Shown here: positions 1-9,373 of the stretch, piece after piece
How the letters are laid out: the number at the start of each line of letters is the position of its first letter
Position numbering within the stretch: position 1 is the first letter of the stretch
Source: Jiangellaceae bacterium
GTDB lineage: Bacteria; Actinomycetota; Actinomycetes; Jiangellales; Jiangellaceae
Assembly: GCA_036373915.1 (NCBI GenBank)
Contig: DASUUU010000157.1
Span: 2,429-66,428 of the forward strand
DNA length: 64,000 nucleotides
Direction: 5' to 3'
Notes under the pieces: model-generated
What the model was told of the DNA's origin: nothing
Databases searched by the model: none
Seen by the model: the letters and a program-made list of their open reading frames with translations, nothing else
Translations under genes and position numbers: made by a program

Positions 1-168
1 CGCCTCGGCCTCGGGTGGAAGCGATACGGTCTGAAGGGCTTCGCGCAGTTCCGCGACTGCCCGCCGGGCGTCGTCGGTACCTACGTGGCCCTGTTGGACA
101 CCAACGTGCTGATTGCCGGCCACGTTGTTGATCACGCCGGCCGTCTGGTTGCGGATGTTGAAGGTCAC
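1..168 (-). CDS. hypothetical protein, N-terminal 56 codons only (gene runs off window start)
   Basis: Not in the ORF track because it has no stop in the window. GTG at 168-166 follows GGAGGA (182-177). Translates VTFNIRNQTAGVINNVAGNQHVGVQQGHVGTDDARRAVAELREAL. It lies 12 nt downstream of the FHA gene stop. Confidence 0.45.
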   Translation of the reverse strand, partial: MTFNIRNQTAGVINNVAGNQHVGVQQGHVGTDDARRAVAELREALQTVSLPPEAEA

Positions 169-180
169 GGTGGGATCCTC

Positions 181-1008
181 CTATTCCGTGAATCGCCAGG
201 ACGGCGGCTGTAGCGGCCATTCGCGCTCAACCCGTTTACGCCTCGACGTGGCCACAACGTGCAGAATGATGCCGATAACCAGCAGCACCGTGCCGGCGGC
301 TGCGAGGGCCCACCCCAGCAGCCCGGACGGGATGCCCGCTACGGACTGGCCAAATGGATCTGCTGGTGGTCCGAGATTGCCGCTTTCGATGGCATTGACG
401 CCTTGACTGATGAAGCCGAGAACGCCGGCAGCGAAGAGTGCGAAACCCGCCACGTACATCAGAAGTCCTAACCAGACGAGCCACCGAGCCTTCGTCTTGG
501 TGGCCGCGACGTCGCGTAGGAAGCTGTCGCGCTGACGGATATACGCGTTGTACTGGTCGCGCCCGACATTGTTGATCACGCGGCCGTGCTGGTCGCGAAC
601 GTCGTAATGCGCAGCAGAGAGAGGGCCGGCATGGGGATCACCAGCCTGGACGCGTCGGCCCGCTGACGTTGAGACCGTCGGTTCGTCGACTTCGGGGCCG
701 CCGTGGTACACAAGATCCACCGCCGCCAGCGACACCACGTCGCCGGGCTTGAGTCGGTGCGATTCCGCTATCCGGACGCCGTTGACCTTCGTCCCTCCGC
801 TTGAACCCAGGTCTTGCACGAACACCCCATCGCCCTGGCGCTGCAACACCGCATGGGTGCGGCTCACATGCGGCTCATCGAGGCGGATGTCGCTGTCAGG
901 ACCACGCCCGACCACGATTCGGTCGCGAGACAGGATCACTCGCTGCCCGCGCAACGCACCGGGCCGCACGACCTGCAAGAACGGCTCGTCAGCAGTACCG
1001 TCCTGCAT
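181..1008 (-). CDS. FHA domain-containing membrane protein
   Basis: FHA core GRGPDSDIRLDEPHVSRTHAVLQRQGDGVFVQDLGSSGGTKVNG, plus two C-terminal hydrophobic helices. Start moved from the track start (1227) to ATG 1008, which has GGAGG 8 nt upstream. The 5' extension looks non-coding. Confidence 0.8.
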   Translation of the reverse strand: MQDGTADEPFLQVVRPGALRGQRVILSRDRIVVGRGPDSDIRLDEPHVSRTHAVLQRQGDGVFVQDLGSSGGTKVNGVRIAESHRLKPGDVVSLAAVDLVYHGGPEVDEPTVSTSAGRRVQAGDPHAGPLSAAHYDVRDQHGRVINNVGRDQYNAYIRQRDSFLRDVAATKTKARWLVWLGLLMYVAGFALFAAGVLGFISQGVNAIESGNLGPPADPFGQSVAGIPSGLLGWALAAAGTVLLVIGIILHVVATSRRKRVEREWPLQPPSWRFTE

Positions 1009-1300
1009 CCTCATCACCTCCCGTGTGCGGGCGCCGGGTCCCCGGGCGACCGCTGTCCAGTACGGACTTGCGAGGTACAAGACGTCGGCGTCGGGTCGTA
1101 GCGATGGCCCCGTTGATCGAGCCTTCGCGGAAAGTCGCTCGACAATGAAGAGAGAGGCCGGCTCACGTGTCTGATACACGCAATAGACTCCGGTCCCGAC
1201 TTCTGGTTTCAGGAGACCGTCAGGCACAGCGCTCTCGGTTGTTCGTCGGATACCCGGTGTGATTTAGGCACGGTGCCGTAGTCTGCACGAACAGTTCCAG

Positions 1301-2845
1301 GTGGTGCGTGAACTGGAATATGCAGGAGGTGCTCCTGTGCGGGATCTCGCGTTCGTGACTCGAGGGCTGCGTAAGAGGTGGGCGCAGGTGGTATTCCACG
1401 CTGCGGCGGCAGTGTTCCTTGTGGCGTGCAGCGTTGACGAGGACGGGTCAGGCGAGCCGGCATCCGAAGGCGTGAGCGCCAACTCCGGGTCGACGTCCGG
1501 TTCGGCCGAGCCTACGCCGGGCGGCAAGGTATCAGCCTCGTCAGGAAGTAGTGCGGTGATGCGGGACCCGATCGTTCCCGAGGCAGGCAATGACGGGTAC
1601 GACGTCGCGCACTATCAATGGGACCTCACGATCGATCCCACACGCGGGTCATTGCGGGCACACGGCATCATCGACGCTGTTGCCACAACTGACCTGGCCA
1701 GCGTCCAGCTGGACTATTCCGGAGCGCCATTGGCCTCGTTACGGGTGGACGGCGCCAACGCCGAGCACTCGTACACGGACAGCAAGCTCGTCATCGAAGC
1801 GAACCTGGCTGCGGGCAGCCGCTTCGAGATCGCCTTTGATTACGACGGAACGCCCGAGCGTAGCGTGGCACAGGGCCGGCTGGGCCGCTTCGGCTGGATC
1901 GCCCAGAACGAGACGGTCCACACCGAGGTCTTGTTGCCCGGCGACATGGCGACGATCCTGCCGCTGAACGACACGCCGCAAGACCCGGCGACGTACGCAC
2001 TGGATATCACTGTGCCGACGGGGTACGTCGCGACTGCGAGCGGGCACCTTGACGGTGTGCGTGAGCAGGACGGGAGCGCGACATATTCGTGGCGCGTCGA
2101 CAGTCCAGTTTCCGAGATCACACTGGCCGTGGGCGAGTATTTCATCGAGAGTGTGCCAGCCCCGCCCAAGCTCGACGTGGAGATCAGCGTTGCACTGTCA
2201 GCGGATGACCTGGCCAGGCTTGACGACTTCGGGGTGGTTCCCGACATCATCGGCTTCTTCCAAGCGGGTCTTGGCCCGTTTCCGTATCAGAACCTGGGAT
2301 TCACGATGGTCGACGGGCTGGGCGGAGCGGGCGATAGCACTCCGGCGCGGATTCATCTGGCGCACACCGGTGAGTCCGGTCTGGTTCACGAGCTGGCGCA
2401 TCAATGGATGGGTGGGGTTGTCGGGACGGCGTCCAGTGCTGACTCGTGGCTCCGTGAGGGATTTCCTCGCTTCATGGAGATGCTCTGGCTTGACCAGACC
2501 GGTGCCGCTGAGCTCGATGTTCTTATCGCGGCCAGTCGCGATCTGCTCGGGGACACGACCCGGCCCCCGCTTGAGGTGACGCGGGCTTCCCAGCGCGGTG
2601 ACGACGTGACGTACGAGCGAGGGGCGCTCACGTTCCACGCCCTCTACGCCGAACTCGGGGACGAGTTGTTCTGGCAATCGATGGCAACATTCTTCGACGA
2701 CTTCGCCGGAACAAGCGCCAGCACGGACGATTTCATCCAGACCGTCGAACGAGTCAGTGACCAGCAGCTGGCCAACCTTTTCGACGCGTGGCTTCGGCGA
2801 CCGGAGCTGCCACCGACGACCCAGAGCACCAGCGCTGCAGATTGA
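1301..2845 (+). CDS. M1 family metallopeptidase (aminopeptidase N-like), lipoprotein-like N-terminus
   Basis: HELAHQWMGG zinc motif with downstream WLREGF. N-terminal AAAVFLVACS lipobox-like signal. Exact start uncertain (1301 or the GTG near 1337). Confidence 0.85.
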   Translation: MVRELEYAGGAPVRDLAFVTRGLRKRWAQVVFHAAAAVFLVACSVDEDGSGEPASEGVSANSGSTSGSAEPTPGGKVSASSGSSAVMRDPIVPEAGNDGYDVAHYQWDLTIDPTRGSLRAHGIIDAVATTDLASVQLDYSGAPLASLRVDGANAEHSYTDSKLVIEANLAAGSRFEIAFDYDGTPERSVAQGRLGRFGWIAQNETVHTEVLLPGDMATILPLNDTPQDPATYALDITVPTGYVATASGHLDGVREQDGSATYSWRVDSPVSEITLAVGEYFIESVPAPPKLDVEISVALSADDLARLDDFGVVPDIIGFFQAGLGPFPYQNLGFTMVDGLGGAGDSTPARIHLAHTGESGLVHELAHQWMGGVVGTASSADSWLREGFPRFMEMLWLDQTGAAELDVLIAASRDLLGDTTRPPLEVTRASQRGDDVTYERGALTFHALYAELGDELFWQSMATFFDDFAGTSASTDDFIQTVERVSDQQLANLFDAWLRRPELPPTTQSTSAAD

Positions 2846-2846
2846 C

Positions 2847-2866
2847 GCTGCCGAGGCATCGGCAGC
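2847..2866 (+). terminator. stem-loop immediately after the M1 peptidase stop
   Basis: GCTGCCGA-ggca-TCGGCAGC, a perfect 8-bp stem starting 2 nt after the TGA at 2843-2845. No T-tract. Confidence 0.45.
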
Positions 2867-2993
2867 TGCAGTCCGGCCGCCGACCAAGCGGGACGGGGTA
2901 CAGCCAACCGCACAGCGGACAGGTAACCATCATCGGACGTTGCGTATGACCCGACTCGCGTCAGATGAGTGCGTACGGAGTCCGCTGGTTTGA

Positions 2994-3674
2994 TCAACGG
3001 TCGGGTCTGTGGGCCTGAATGGCGAGCACGTCTGGGGTTGGTTCGCCCGCTTCGATGACCATGTCCAGGACCAGCCCGGCCCCGGTCACCGCGGCGACCA
3101 AGTCACCGAGTGGGAGATGGGTGGCACCTACCCGCGCCCGCACGCCGTTGGATGACCAGGCGTCGAACCGCCGCTCGCGACGCCAATACCCAGGGCTCGT
3201 GATTAGGTGTTCTCCGTTCGAGCGGTCGACGAACGCGCCACAGAAGCACGGATGCACGCCGACATGGGCGAACCGACCACCCGCGACCAGGGCAGTCGCC
3301 GCAGCCCGGCACAGCGCGGCATAGTCATCCACATCGGTGTGGCACAGAACCGACGCGACCGCGGCAACGCTACCGGGCCGGACCACCAACCGGGTGGCGT
3401 CGGCAACCGCAACCGGCATCTGCGTGGCGGCGTAGCGTAGCTGGGCGATCGAGATGTCCGTGCCGATCGGGATCCAGCCCAGCTGCCTGATCCGATCTGC
3501 GTAAGCGCCGGTGCCGCACGCCATGTCCCAGCACACGCCGTGCCCGCGGCCAAGCACCCGGCGCAACGCCTCACCCGCACGATCGGTGAAAGCCGCCGCG
3601 GCACCGGTGACATAGTCCGCGTACCAATGTGCGATCGCGTCATAAGCGGGCGGGTCACCAACCTGATCAACCAC
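2994..3674 (-). CDS. class I SAM-dependent methyltransferase
   Basis: Motif I VCWDMACGTGAYADRI. GTG start. Confidence 0.8.
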   Translation of the reverse strand: MVDQVGDPPAYDAIAHWYADYVTGAAAAFTDRAGEALRRVLGRGHGVCWDMACGTGAYADRIRQLGWIPIGTDISIAQLRYAATQMPVAVADATRLVVRPGSVAAVASVLCHTDVDDYAALCRAAATALVAGGRFAHVGVHPCFCGAFVDRSNGEHLITSPGYWRRERRFDAWSSNGVRARVGATHLPLGDLVAAVTGAGLVLDMVIEAGEPTPDVLAIQAHRPDR

Positions 3675-4254
3675 CCTCGCAGCGTAACGCCGCGCAGGTC
3701 AACGACCTTCCAACGTCACCTACGCCGACAGCGGAACATTCACGACCGGCGGCAGAAGAGTGTATTTGTGCCCGACTATCTTTGGGGACCAAGCTTCGCA
3801 GTCGAGTTTGGCAGGCCAATCTTCGTCCGCGAGATCACCACACGCGCTGGGACGTCGCGCCAGTCACTCTTCGCGAGCTCCACAGAACTGCGAATCCGGG
3901 ACAGGCGGCCGCCGCGCGCGCAGGTCGACGGCTGCCACGGCAGGCGCATCGGCGGCGGGATTCGATACCGAGGCATGCCACCTCGACGGTCGGCGAGGAG
4001 ATTGGGCGGCGCCTGCGCGCACGATTCCGGCGGCCCTGCGTGGATCCCATCCGCCTGCGTCGGATGCTGGCGTGGGGCCGTTGGTGGTGCGCATTCTCGA
4101 GGTGCCGCTGGCCTGCCGGCCCACTCCTGGCGAGGCGATCAAGTATCCGACGTTGCGCCGAAGCATCCGTGCAGCGCTGGAGCATGCTAACCGTGCCGGT
4201 TGCCCACCAAATCCGCGGAACCTGGCATTCGGGACTGCCCGCTAAGGGTCACGG

Positions 4255-4569
4255 TCATGCGGTCGTGGGAGCGAACAGTGCGGCCAAGGCTGGGATGGAC
4301 TCCATCCCGTAGGCGACCGAGCCGACGGGAACCCGGTCACCGACCGCCTGCAGCACGAGCGCGGTGGTGGGCGGCCCGAAGGCGCCGCACAGCTCGATCG
4401 ACTGCGCGCCGTTCTCGACCAGCTCGATGGCGACCTGCACCGCAGACTCCCGGTCAGGCACGGCCACAATCGTTGTGGTGAGACCCCCACGCTGGATCAC
4501 GGCCCGGTCCACCGCGGGATCCTCACTGCCCAGGCCGAGATAGATGAACCCCCAACTGTTGAACGCCAT
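4255..4569 (-). CDS. small conserved hypothetical protein, divergent from the MarR gene
   Basis: 104-aa ORF with an ATG start and GC3-rich codons (MAFNSWGFIYLGLGSEDPAVDRAV...). I do not recognise a catalytic motif. Confidence 0.6.
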   Translation of the reverse strand: MAFNSWGFIYLGLGSEDPAVDRAVIQRGGLTTTIVAVPDRESAVQVAIELVENGAQSIELCGAFGPPTTALVLQAVGDRVPVGSVAYGMESIPALAALFAPTTA

Positions 4570-4589
4570 CGCGGTCAGCTCCTGTCATG

Positions 4590-4628
4590 TAGCTTGGTAT
4601 TAAGCTACTTTAGCTTAGCACCAAGCTA
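4590..4628. promoter_or_regulatory. inverted-repeat operator in the MarR divergent promoter
   Basis: TAGCTTGGTATTAAGCTA-ctt-TAGCTTAGCACCAAGCTA. The 18-bp arms match at 16/18 positions. It lies between the divergent genes at 4569 and 4642. Confidence 0.6.
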
Positions 4629-4641
4629 TACTGGCGTCGCC

Positions 4642-5136
4642 ATGGCAACCGACTCCATCGACCGGATCATCCAGGCCTGGGCCCGCCGCGACCCCCGCGT
4701 CGACGCCCGCCCGCTGCAGGTCATCGGGCGCCTGCTGCTGTGCGCCGAGCACTGCAAGCGGGACCTGATAGCCGCCCTGCAGCCGTTGGGCTTGAGCTTT
4801 GGCGACTTCGACGTGCTCAACACGCTGCGCCGACGCGGCGAGACACAAGGCAGTAAGCCCAGCGACCTGGCCGCCTCGTCCCTGATCACCACCGGCGCGA
4901 TGACCGCACGGCTGGACCGACTGCAACGCGCCGGACTAATCCGGCGCACGCCCGACCCTGCAGACGGCCGCGGCGTGCGGGTCCGGCTAACCACGCGGGG
5001 CGAGCGGCTTGCCAAGCAAGCCCTCCAAGCAGTCATCGCCGCAGACGAGGCGTTCCTACAGCCGCTGGACCAACGCCAGCGTGATCAGGTCGCCCAGGCA
5101 CTCAAGCAGCTCCTACTGCCCCACGAAGCCGACTGA
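4642..5136 (+). CDS. MarR family transcriptional regulator
   Basis: Winged-helix region LSFGDFDVLNTLRRRGETQGSKPSDLAASSLITTGAMTARLDRLQRAGLIRR. ATG 4642 preferred over the track's TTG 4594, which lies inside the operator. Confidence 0.85.
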   Translation: MATDSIDRIIQAWARRDPRVDARPLQVIGRLLLCAEHCKRDLIAALQPLGLSFGDFDVLNTLRRRGETQGSKPSDLAASSLITTGAMTARLDRLQRAGLIRRTPDPADGRGVRVRLTTRGERLAKQALQAVIAADEAFLQPLDQRQRDQVAQALKQLLLPHEAD

Positions 5137-5538
5137 CCGACTCACCCTGGCCGCGCCATGGCGCCGGCGGTCACCCCGTACTCGGATGAGCAACGTTCCT
5201 GTCATCGGTGCGACCGCGCGACCAGGGTCATGTGAGGACGTTGTCTGAGTCACTCAGAAGGGCCTTGGACGAGCTGCCGAAGATGACTGATCTCCGCAGT
5301 CAGCGCGTCCCGCTTCTCTTTGGTCAGCAATCGAATCTGAGCTGGGCAGATGGGCGCACCATGACGGCGCCCGAGATTACGCCCTGCTTGACACCCGCCG
5401 CCATAGAAGAGAGCCCATGAGAGTGCATTGAGACTGCAGGATCAGCGCCTGCATAGTGGGTCTGATCGCCCGGCCGGTGGTGTCGGCGCCAGGCGGGATG
5501 ATCTGGGAGGGAAGTGGTCAGCACAATGCCGCCTCCTG

Positions 5539-5578
5539 CAAGGTAACTTGACGCATCTCGAGTTGACAAGGTAACTTG
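5539..5578. promoter_or_regulatory. two 12-bp direct repeats (CAAGGTAACTTG) abutting the start of the small two-gene operon
   Basis: Identical copies at 5539-5550 and 5567-5578. TTGACG/TTGACA -35-like hexamers sit between them. Confidence 0.4.
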
Positions 5579-5580
5579 TG

Positions 5581-5814
5581 ATGGAGCATGACGAACCGCT
5601 CGTGCTTGATAGCGCCAGACGCCATGGCGTCAGCGAGGCGGATGCGCTGCATGCCTGGGCGTTCGCGATCGACGCGTATCGGGTTGGTGATGGCATGGTG
5701 ATGTACATCGGTCCAAGCCGTTCCGGCCACCTGCTGGAAGTCGGCGTCGTGGACTGGCACGGCATCTTGGCCATCGCCCACGCCATGCCCGCCCGAGACA
5801 AGTTCCTGAGGTGA
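5581..5814 (+). CDS. small uncharacterised protein, toxin-like position in a two-gene module
   Basis: 77 aa (MEHDEPLVLDSARRHGVSEADALHAW...AHAMPARDKFLR), 6 nt upstream of the next small ORF. Family assignment is from memory only. Confidence 0.5.
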   Translation: MEHDEPLVLDSARRHGVSEADALHAWAFAIDAYRVGDGMVMYIGPSRSGHLLEVGVVDWHGILAIAHAMPARDKFLR

Positions 5815-5820
5815 CTATCG

Positions 5821-6087
5821 ATGCCCCGATCTATCGACGAGTTGATCGCTCGAGCTGACGAGATCGCCGACCAGTTCGAAAGCTACGACCCACGCAACGA
5901 AGACCGGCACGAACCAGCCCTGATGACACTGCGTCGGATCGCGTACCGCCGAGCCTTGGTCGAACGTGAACTCGCCAACGCCGTGCGGGACGCCCGAAAG
6001 GCCGGCGCATCATGGGCAAAGATCGGTCACGAACTCGGCACTTCAGGCGAAGCTGCGCGACAGCGATACAACGACCGAGTGGCCTGA
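5821..6087 (+). CDS. small HTH protein, antitoxin-like partner
   Basis: 88 aa with a C-terminal HTH-like motif, GASWAKIGHELGTSGEAARQRYN. Confidence 0.5.
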   Translation: MPRSIDELIARADEIADQFESYDPRNEDRHEPALMTLRRIAYRRALVERELANAVRDARKAGASWAKIGHELGTSGEAARQRYNDRVA

Positions 6088-6272
6088 CGTCCACAAGCGA
6101 TCGCCTTCGTCAGACAACTTGACCCGGTGTTTCGACTCTTCGGTGCCACCACTGTCCTCGCCCGTTGTCGCCCCACCTCCGTCACTCTGCGCGGCGTGAT
6201 CGGACGTCACGCGACCCGACTCGGGTCATGACTGGCGTTGGCGTTAGCCCGCTTGAGGCTGCCGGGCTTCGG

Positions 6273-7067
6273 CTAGTTGAGAGTGCTGACTTGGTCGATG
6301 ATACGGACCAGGGCGGTGTGGGTGTGCTGGTCAGCAGCGGCGACCAACCCGCCCACTCCTGTGTGGAGTGGCTGTCCGTGCAGTCCGGTGACGATGCAGC
6401 CCGCGGCCTGACACAGCGCGATGCCAGCAGCGACGTGCACACTGTCCCGCAGGTCGCCATCGGTCACGTAGCCAGCGCGCCTTCCTGCGGCCACCCAGGC
6501 AACGGCGAGGGTGGTGGAAACGACCCGAGGTCCGAACTGCCGGGTGAACGCCGGCGAGCTCAGCATTCGCACCGTCGTGAGCTCATGCGCCTGCCCGGGC
6601 GGGGCGTCGAGGTTGAGATCGACCAACGCCGAGTCCGCCGACGGAGCGAGTGGTACGTCGCCCTCGTCGGTCCGTACCCAGGCGGTCTCGCCATCGGTCC
6701 AGAAGACCTCCCCGGCCGTGGGATCGGCCGAGGCAGCCGCGGTGACTGCGGTGCCGGTTCGCAGCGCCACATTGACCGCCATCAGCGGTGTCTGCGCCGC
6801 GAAGTTCAGCGTGCCGCACAACGGATCGACCAACCAGGTGCGATCGGCCGGAGCGCTGGCACCTAACTCCTCCCCGACGAACCCATCGTCCGGGCGGGCG
6901 GTCCGCACGATCTCGCGCACGGTCACCTCAGCCTCGATGTCTGCGTCCGTCGCGAAGTCGTTCCCCGTCTTTCGGTGGCGTACGAACGCTGATCCGTACC
7001 GCTGTCGGAGCACCTCGGCCCCCGCCCCAGCAGCCGCGATCGCCACCTCGGCATCACTGGATACCAC
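6273..7067 (-). CDS. inositol monophosphatase family protein
   Basis: Motifs DFATDADIEAE, GEELG and WLVDPLCGTLNF (the WxxDPxDGTxNF signature). Confidence 0.85.
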   Translation of the reverse strand: MVSSDAEVAIAAAGAGAEVLRQRYGSAFVRHRKTGNDFATDADIEAEVTVREIVRTARPDDGFVGEELGASAPADRTWLVDPLCGTLNFAAQTPLMAVNVALRTGTAVTAAASADPTAGEVFWTDGETAWVRTDEGDVPLAPSADSALVDLNLDAPPGQAHELTTVRMLSSPAFTRQFGPRVVSTTLAVAWVAAGRRAGYVTDGDLRDSVHVAAGIALCQAAGCIVTGLHGQPLHTGVGGLVAAADQHTHTALVRIIDQVSTLN

Positions 7068-7189
7068 CCGGTGACGCTACCAGGACCCGTGGCGTGCGAT
7101 GTAGCGGATCATCCCCTCCTGCAAGACCCTAACGCGCATACCCACCGCGGCATGACCGGGCATGGTGGCTGACCCCTGAGGCTTGTGCG

Positions 7190-8018
7190 TTAGGTGAAGT
7201 CGGCGCGGTGGTCACGTATCCAGGCGATCTCGATGGCGTCCTGTTCGAGGGCGCCCTGGGAAACCCACGTCCGCTGGGGTTCCTGGCCTAACTCGGCGAG
7301 GTGGCTGACGAGGTCGCTGACTGCTTGCATCCGACCTACCACGACTTCAGCGACGTCGAAGTCGGGCAGGTCGCCGTAAGCGTCTAGGAAGACTTCCATG
7401 CGGTGTCGACGGTCTGGGATCTCGGGGAAGTGATGCCATTCGCGTACGAACTCGTCGCAGCGCAGCGGGATGAACCACCGGAGGGCGTACGCGACGTCGG
7501 AGATTCGGGGCGCGGGATGAAGGTAATCCCAGTCGATCAGCCCGATGGCCTCGTTGTCTTGCCAGACGAGGTTCCACGGCCCTGGGTCGCCGTGGCAGTA
7601 CACAAGACCCTCACCGTTTTGGGCCTGGACGGCGGGTGCTCCCCACTCAGCGTTTGGGGGTGGCGTCCACGTCGTCGTCGCATCGTGGACGCGGCGCAGG
7701 AGGCGGGCCGCCGAAGCCAACCCCTCATCGGTGTGCTGGTGATACCAAGCATCACCCCCGGAGTCCTCCTTCGATGAACCGCACAGTCTCGGTGTCCCCG
7801 TCTCGACGCAGTAGTTCGGGTACGCCGAGAATTCCTTGGTGTCTGAGGTGCTGTAAGAGGTCGTGGATCGTGGCAGCGTTGGCTGGGGCGGGGCGGATCA
7901 CGGTGTCGCCGTCGATGGTCACCGGCCTGGCATCGCGGTTGACCTCCTCGGCGCCGTCAACACCGTCCAGTGGTTCGTCCATACCCCGACCCTCCCGACC
8001 GGATCCGGAGCTTGGCAA
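7190..8018 (-). pseudogene. aminoglycoside/choline-kinase-type phosphotransferase (APH family), split by a frameshift
   Basis: The N-terminal lobe (7752-8018) and the catalytic part (7190-7720, YCHGDPGPWNLVW...GLIDWDY) lie in different frames. Removing one base from the C5 run at 7755-7759 joins them (..RFIEGGLRG|DAWYHQHTDEGLASAARLL..). Confidence 0.7.
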
Positions 8019-8261
8019 CCGAAATACGCCCTTGACGACGTTGCCCTGACAACCCGACCCTCGACGCCCTCATCTCGGCATGGGCGGAGGTGCGGACACC
8101 GAGTTTCTGGGGAACGCGAGGAGGGAGTCGGATACGGCCAGATTGCATGGCGGAGCCGATGCGTTCATTGTCGTCTCCAATGTCGAGTGACCGTGGCCCT
8201 GGCCTGCCTCCGCACTCGTTCTTCGGGTGGTTCGTGGTGCGCACACGAATTGCCCGCCTTC

Positions 8262-9230
8262 TTAGGCAGTAGCGGTGATCACCAGCTCCTCGCCGACCCG
8301 CAGCGTCCGGTAGCGGTCGGCGAAGGTCTGCGCGAACGCGTCCAGCGTCCACTGCGAGCTGTCGTGACCCGACAACGCGACCAGGCCGGGCCCGCGTTCG
8401 CGGATGGCCGCGATCACCGCCCGCGCGTCACCCTCGGTGATGGGCCGCCACGGCCAGTTCGGATTGCCGAGCACGGCCTGCGGCACCAGTGGCGTGCCCA
8501 TGGCGTGTACCGGAAGGTGCAGGCCCCCGATAACCGCATACACGGGCGCATCCACCACCCGTTCCGCGGTGGCGAGGGTGCGCTCGATCTCCGGGTGCCC
8601 GCAGCCGGTGACGACCACCAGGCCGCGGCCCCGCACGTTGACCACCAGCGCCTGCTCAGCGATCGGCCCCAGCCAGAACACCATGCGCGGCAATGGCGGC
8701 AGCACGGCCACACCGGGCCCGATCACCCGCGCCTCCTGGACGACGCTGACGTCCGCGTGCGGGTGGCTCATCTCGGTCGGCACGTACGACGGAAGTGAAC
8801 GCGGCACCGGCTGCTCGGACCCCAGACTGAACGTGTGGCGGAACTGCGACGCGGCTCCTCCCACATGGTCGGCGTGCAGGTGCGAGATCACCAGGCAGTC
8901 CAAGTCGTCGAATCGCACCCCGAGGTTCTCGGCGTTGGTCTCGAGTGCCGTCCGGCCGCGACGGAGGCCCAGGCCCGAGTCGAACAGTAGGGTCAGCCCG
9001 TCGGCCCGGATCAGGTACGAGACGCCGGCCTCACCGCGAAGCGTCTCCGTAGCGGTGTGCCGCTCAACCAGCGGCAGGATCGATAACCTGTCGACCGCGC
9101 CGAGGTCGGTGAGCCGACTGTCGAGCTCCGCCCTTGTCTGCCTTTCCTCTGTCCGGCGTCCGGCCGCATACCGTCCAGCCAGCACCGCGGCCACGGACGC
9201 CGTAACCGCAAGCGCGCTACCTCCACGCAT
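8262..9230 (-). CDS. MBL-fold metallo-hydrolase
   Basis: ISHLHADHVGG metal-binding motif. Hydrophobic N-terminus. Confidence 0.8.
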   Translation of the reverse strand: MRGGSALAVTASVAAVLAGRYAAGRRTEERQTRAELDSRLTDLGAVDRLSILPLVERHTATETLRGEAGVSYLIRADGLTLLFDSGLGLRRGRTALETNAENLGVRFDDLDCLVISHLHADHVGGAASQFRHTFSLGSEQPVPRSLPSYVPTEMSHPHADVSVVQEARVIGPGVAVLPPLPRMVFWLGPIAEQALVVNVRGRGLVVVTGCGHPEIERTLATAERVVDAPVYAVIGGLHLPVHAMGTPLVPQAVLGNPNWPWRPITEGDARAVIAAIRERGPGLVALSGHDSSQWTLDAFAQTFADRYRTLRVGEELVITATA

Positions 9231-9373
9231 CGTTGGCCACCTCCCGGCTTCCAGCCTCTGAGCCGCGAGATCCGGCGAGCCAGGGGCAAAGGTCCTAGGG
9301 CGTCCTGCCAGCAGGCGCCCGTATCAGTTCAGTAGCGTGTCACCGACAAACTGCCCCATGGCCGGAGGTGCAC

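Noticed and set aside
1009-1227. 5' extensions of track ORFs. Examples: FHA gene to 1227, kinase to 38706, D-aminoacylase to 45319, sigma to 60526, S8 to 61934, beta-lactamase-like to 16942, mtnA from 16789, SRPBCC to 12421, TetR from 23484.
   Set aside because: The extensions overlap neighbouring genes or lack coding character. Internal ATG/GTG codons with Shine-Dalgarno sequences or stop-start overlaps give starts consistent with domain boundaries.
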